64,000 bases of DNA, from assembly GCA_905182795.1 (NCBI GenBank), contig CAJJCZ010000006.1, positions 3,264 through 67,263 of the forward strand, given 5' to 3'. The DNA comes from an uncultured bacterium. GTDB lineage: Bacteria > Fidelibacterota > Marinisomatia > Marinisomatales > Marinisomataceae. Shown here in pieces: positions 60,735 to 64,000 of the stretch. The stretch's first letter is position 1; each line of letters begins with the position of its first letter. The position numbers and the translations under genes are program-made. The notes beneath the pieces are model-generated. The model did no database searches and was not told the DNA's origin. It saw nothing but the letters and a program-made list of their open reading frames with translations.

Positions 60735-61604
60735 ATGTTAAGAATTATTATATTTTTATCTTTTTTTTTCTTTGGCTGTAAGAGCAACTTAAATGAAGCA
60801 GCTTTAATTTATAATACAGATATTCAAAAAACACAGATTGGTTATCCTGTCAATCTTGATATTAGGTTAAACAATCTTGACGAATATTATTCTATTGAAG
60901 AAATGGCATGGTCCGATTCTTTATTATGGGCAGCTGATTCTTCAAAAGTGTTAATTAAAAACTCAAAAATAGATACTTTAGATCAATCTTTATTTGTTGA
61001 TTTTGAAATAACATTCTGGGATACAGGAAAAACTATTATACCACCATATTTTATTAGTATTAATTTTCCAGACTCAACAGGTTCAACAATATTTACTACA
61101 GATTCTATAGAGATAGAAATAGAATCAGTTATTGATAGTAATTTCGTTAATATTCAAAAAGATAAACCTATAAAAAAAATTAAATTACCTTATGATAAAT
61201 ATAGAGTATTTCTAATATCTCTTATATTATTTTTACTAACTTTTATATTATATTTGTGGAGAAAAAGAAATCAAAATAATCCTTTAAATAGTATTCAGTT
61301 TTTTAATAAAAATCCAAAGAAGGATTCAGTTAAGAAATTAAACAAATTAAAATTTGAGGAAATGTCTTCAGATATATTTTATAATAAACTATCTATAATT
61401 CTAAAAAAATATCTTGAAAATCAATATTATATTATTTCATTTGAAATGACTTCTTCTGAGTTAAGACAGTTTTTTGATGACAAGGATTTGATAGCTTTAT
61501 TGGAAAAGGTTGATTCTGTAAAGTTTGCAAATAAAGAGTACAGTAATACTGAAAAAAAATATGATTTAGAATTAGCAAAAAAAATTGTAAGAAAACTATT
61601 ATAA
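60735..61604 (+). CDS. Hypothetical lipoprotein / single-pass membrane protein (BatD-N-like plus DUF4381-like?)
   Basis: Lipobox LSFFFFGCKSN, an internal TM segment (VFLISLILFLLTFILYLW) followed by RKR, and a helical C-terminus. It occupies the third position of the MoxR-DUF58 module. Confidence 0.5.
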   Translation: MLRIIIFLSFFFFGCKSNLNEAALIYNTDIQKTQIGYPVNLDIRLNNLDEYYSIEEMAWSDSLLWAADSSKVLIKNSKIDTLDQSLFVDFEITFWDTGKTIIPPYFISINFPDSTGSTIFTTDSIEIEIESVIDSNFVNIQKDKPIKKIKLPYDKYRVFLISLILFLLTFILYLWRKRNQNNPLNSIQFFNKNPKKDSVKKLNKLKFEEMSSDIFYNKLSIILKKYLENQYYIISFEMTSSELRQFFDDKDLIALLEKVDSVKFANKEYSNTEKKYDLELAKKIVRKLL

Positions 61605-61631
61605 AGAGATTAAATAAATTAAGTTCTTATC

Positions 61632-62195
61632 ATGAGCACAACAGCAGATATAAAAAACGGAGCTATAGTAAGATTTAAAAATTCAAGAATGAAGGTCGTG
61701 GAGTTTCAGCATGTAAAGCCAGGAAAAGGACCAGCATTTGTCAGAACTAAGTTAAAAGATATTAAGTCAGGAAAAGTGATTGATCAAACTTTTAATGCAG
61801 GCGTTAAATTGGAATTTATCAAAGTGACTTCAAGTCAATTTCAATACTTATATAAAGATGCTAATAGTTATGTGTTTATGCATAATCAAACCTTCAATCA
61901 GGTTGAAGTCTCTGAATTATTGATGCAAGATACCTATCACTATATTAAAGAAGGAGATAATCTTGATCTTGTTTTTGATGGCGATGAAATTATTAATATG
62001 AATCTTCCTGCAAAAGTAATCCTTGAGGTTGCACAAACAGATCCTGGACATAGAGGAAATACGGCCACTAACGCATCAAAACCTGCTAAAATGGAAACAG
62101 GACTTGAGATTCAAGTTCCTTTATTTATTAATGAAGGAGACTTATTAAAAATTGATACAAAGTCCGGTACTTATTCCGAAAGAGTAAAGCAATAG
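61632..62195 (+). CDS. efp: Elongation factor P
   Basis: IKNGAIVRFKNSRMKVVEFQHVKPGKGPAFVRTKLKDIKSGKV with the conserved KPGKG loop. 187 aa. Confidence 0.95.
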   Translation: MSTTADIKNGAIVRFKNSRMKVVEFQHVKPGKGPAFVRTKLKDIKSGKVIDQTFNAGVKLEFIKVTSSQFQYLYKDANSYVFMHNQTFNQVEVSELLMQDTYHYIKEGDNLDLVFDGDEIINMNLPAKVILEVAQTDPGHRGNTATNASKPAKMETGLEIQVPLFINEGDLLKIDTKSGTYSERVKQ

Positions 62196-62199
62196 TCTC

Positions 62200-62667
62200 A
62201 TGTGGAAAGACAAACTAAAAGAAGTCATATATATATTAGAGAATAGTGACATCAATGAGATAGAAATCAGATTTTGGTTTAGAAAAATAAAAGTTACTAA
62301 AAGCCCTCCAATTGTTAATTCTGATTTTAGTAATATAGCATCAGATGTAACTACTTCAATTACAGGTAAACCAAGCATAACTGTTGAAAAGAAAGAAGAT
62401 GTTGCTCCAATAGTAGATGCAAATACATTTACTGTACGATCACCTATGCCTGGAACATTTTATTCCTCTGCAGATCCAGATTCTAAATCATTTGTTGAAA
62501 TAAACGGTTCAGTTAATGAGGGAGACACTGTTTGTATTGTAGAGGCAATGAAAATTATGAATGAAATTCAATGTGAAAGAAGCGGGGTCATTAAAGAGAT
62601 GCTCGTTGAAGATGGTAACCCAGTTGAATTTGATCAACCATTATTTATCTTAAGTTACTCCGAATAA
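62200..62667 (+). CDS. accB: Acetyl-CoA carboxylase biotin carboxyl carrier protein
   Basis: Biotinylation motif CIVEAMKIMNEI within a C-terminal lipoyl-like domain. It is followed by accC. Confidence 0.9.
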   Translation: MWKDKLKEVIYILENSDINEIEIRFWFRKIKVTKSPPIVNSDFSNIASDVTTSITGKPSITVEKKEDVAPIVDANTFTVRSPMPGTFYSSADPDSKSFVEINGSVNEGDTVCIVEAMKIMNEIQCERSGVIKEMLVEDGNPVEFDQPLFILSYSE

Positions 62668-62670
62668 AAT

Positions 62671-64000
62671 ATGTTCAAAAAAATACTCATTGCAAATAGA
62701 GGCGAGATTGCCATAAGAGTAATTCGTGCATGCAAAGAAATGGGCATTAAGACTGTTGCAGTTTATTCTAAGGCAGATCAATTTTCTTTACATATAAAAT
62801 TTGCAGACGAAGCAATATGTATTGGAGCGGGTCCTCCATTAGAAAGTTATTTAAATATACCTAGAATTATTGCTGCTGCTGAAATTTCTAATGCTGATGC
62901 AATTCATCCTGGATATGGATTTTTAGCAGAAAATGCTCAGTTTAGTGCAATTTGCGAAGAGAATGGATTTTCTTTTATTGGACCAGATTCTGAAACTATT
63001 GATTTAATGGGAAATAAAGTGAATGCTCGAAAAGTTGCAGAAGAGTCAGACGTACCTATTGTTCCTGGAAGTAATGCTCTTACCTCTGTAGATGACTTAC
63101 TTGAAATTGCTAATAATATTGGATATCCAGTTATGCTAAAAGCTTCTGGCGGCGGTGGCGGAAAAGGGATGCGAGTGTTAAATAATGCCTCAGAATCAGA
63201 AAAAGGATTTGGTATTATACAATCTGAAGCAATTAAAGCCTTCAATAATGCTGAGATATATGTAGAAAAATTTATCAAAAATGGGCGTCATATTGAAGTC
63301 CAGATCTTAGGAGATAAGTTTGGTAATCATGTTCATTTAGGTGAACGCGAGTGCTCAGTTCAAAGAAATAATCAAAAATTGATTGAAGAATGTCCATCTG
63401 CTTTTGTAGATGAGGACTTAAGAGAAGTCTTAACATCAAAGGCTATAAATTTAGCTAAAAAAGTAAATTATGTTGGAGTTGGAACAGTTGAATTTTTAGT
63501 AGATGAAGACAAAAATTTTTATTTTATTGAGATGAATACAAGAATTCAAGTAGAACATACTGTAACAGAAATGGTATACATGATAGATCTCGTAAAAGAA
63601 CAAATTAAGATGCACTTTGGAAAAGAGATGTCTTTCAATCAAGAGATGGTTAAAAGTAAAGGACATTCCATTGAATGTAGGTTAAATGCAGAAGATCCTT
63701 TTAACAATTTTATTCCTTCACCTAAAAAAATCGATTCTCTTAATTTCCCAGGAGGAATTGGTGTACGAATTGATTCCTATATTTATGCAGGATATGAAAT
63801 ACCTCCATTTTATGACTCTCTACTTGGAAAGTTAATTGTGCATTCTAATACAAGAGAAAAAGCTATTATTAAAATGCAAAGAGCTTTGCAAGAGACTTTT
63901 ATTGAAGGGCCAAGTACAACATTGCCATTATTAGAAATGATTCTATTAAATAATGACTTTATTAATGGAAATTTTGACATAAATTTTTTAAGTAATTTTC
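62671..64000 (+). CDS. accC: Acetyl-CoA carboxylase biotin carboxylase subunit (3' end beyond the window)
   Basis: It is not in the ORF track because there is no stop in the window. ATG 62671 gives MFKKILIANRGEIAIRVIRACKEMGIKTVAVYS... The ATP-grasp region has GYPVMLKASGGGGGKGMRV and FIEMNTRIQVEHTVTE. The frame stays open to base 64000. Confidence 0.95.
   Translation, partial: MFKKILIANRGEIAIRVIRACKEMGIKTVAVYSKADQFSLHIKFADEAICIGAGPPLESYLNIPRIIAAAEISNADAIHPGYGFLAENAQFSAICEENGFSFIGPDSETIDLMGNKVNARKVAEESDVPIVPGSNALTSVDDLLEIANNIGYPVMLKASGGGGGKGMRVLNNASESEKGFGIIQSEAIKAFNNAEIYVEKFIKNGRHIEVQILGDKFGNHVHLGERECSVQRNNQKLIEECPSAFVDEDLREVLTSKAINLAKKVNYVGVGTVEFLVDEDKNFYFIEMNTRIQVEHTVTEMVYMIDLVKEQIKMHFGKEMSFNQEMVKSKGHSIECRLNAEDPFNNFIPSPKKIDSLNFPGGIGVRIDSYIYAGYEIPPFYDSLLGKLIVHSNTREKAIIKMQRALQETFIEGPSTTLPLLEMILLNNDFINGNFDINFLSNF

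Noticed and set aside
2740-63278. About 35 short (60-125 aa) ORFs in the track on the strand opposite to long conserved genes. Examples are 2740-2925, 3472-3654, 6969-7277, 13175-13543, 46059-46319, 54263-54640 and 62937-63278.
   Set aside because: All lie wholly inside well-supported genes, have no recognisable motifs, and show the Ser/Ile/Phe/Leu-rich composition expected of antisense frames in AT-rich DNA. I treat them as shadow ORFs.
1-64000. A search by eye for tRNA, rRNA, CRISPR arrays, transposases, integrases, toxin-antitoxin pairs, restriction-modification or other defence genes.
   Set aside because: I found none. The intergenic regions are too short for tRNA or rRNA genes. There are no regularly spaced direct repeats. 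Every long ORF except four hypotheticals has a housekeeping assignment.

Overview
The window is visibly AT-rich (about one-third G+C by eye) and extremely gene-dense. Almost all genes are on the + strand, intergenic DNA is minimal, many starts and stops overlap by 4-26 nt, and several starts are probably TTG or GTG. The content is almost entirely core housekeeping from a streamlined, probably marine, Gram-negative bacterium. ScpAB, CdaA, PdxST, a TonB receptor with a CarboxypepD_reg-like N-terminus, a MoxR-DUF58 Bat-like module and a bS22-like mini-protein point away from Proteobacteria. They suggest an FCB-group or Marinimicrobia-like lineage, but this is inference only. Main blocks, in order: (1) a minus-strand TonB-dependent receptor preceded by a clear cobalamin riboswitch; (2) HNH, trpS, scpAB, rluB, cmk, rpsA, tsaD, serS, plsC, a LysM lytic transglycosylase, HU/IHF, nadK and pepC; (3) proline dehydrogenase (minus strand) divergent from an FAD oxidoreductase; (4) the complete Na+-NQR operon nqrABCDEF-apbE, with a convergent NqrM-like Cys-rich mini-gene and an NhaD-type antiporter; (5) a PduO-type corrinoid adenosyltransferase, nrnA, ispH, pdxST, dxs and an orphan methylmalonyl-CoA mutase large subunit; (6) a variant System I cytochrome c maturation cluster, ccmE(CxxxY)-ccmF-miniORF-ccmA-ccmB-ccmC-ccmD-like, with no ccmG or ccmH; (7) an archaeal-type GAPDH, an MBL hydrolase, tilS, ftsH, folP, cdaA, a PNPOx-like::UbiA/MenA prenyltransferase fusion, prfB with its +1 frameshift, lysS and lolCDE-like genes; (8) dnaK preceded by a textbook sigma-54 -24/-12 element; (9) an unknown membrane protein, MoxR, DUF58 and a lipoprotein; (10) efp, accB and a partial accC. 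I found no rRNA, tRNA, CRISPR array, transposase, integrase or prophage. I do not see a clear-cut new multi-gene system. The best candidates for a second look are the variant ccm cluster with two unannotated mini-TM ORFs, the sigma-54 promoter at dnaK, the PNPOx::prenyltransferase fusion, the convergent nqrM-like gene, three short ORFs missing from the track, and the VWA-less MoxR module with unknown partners.
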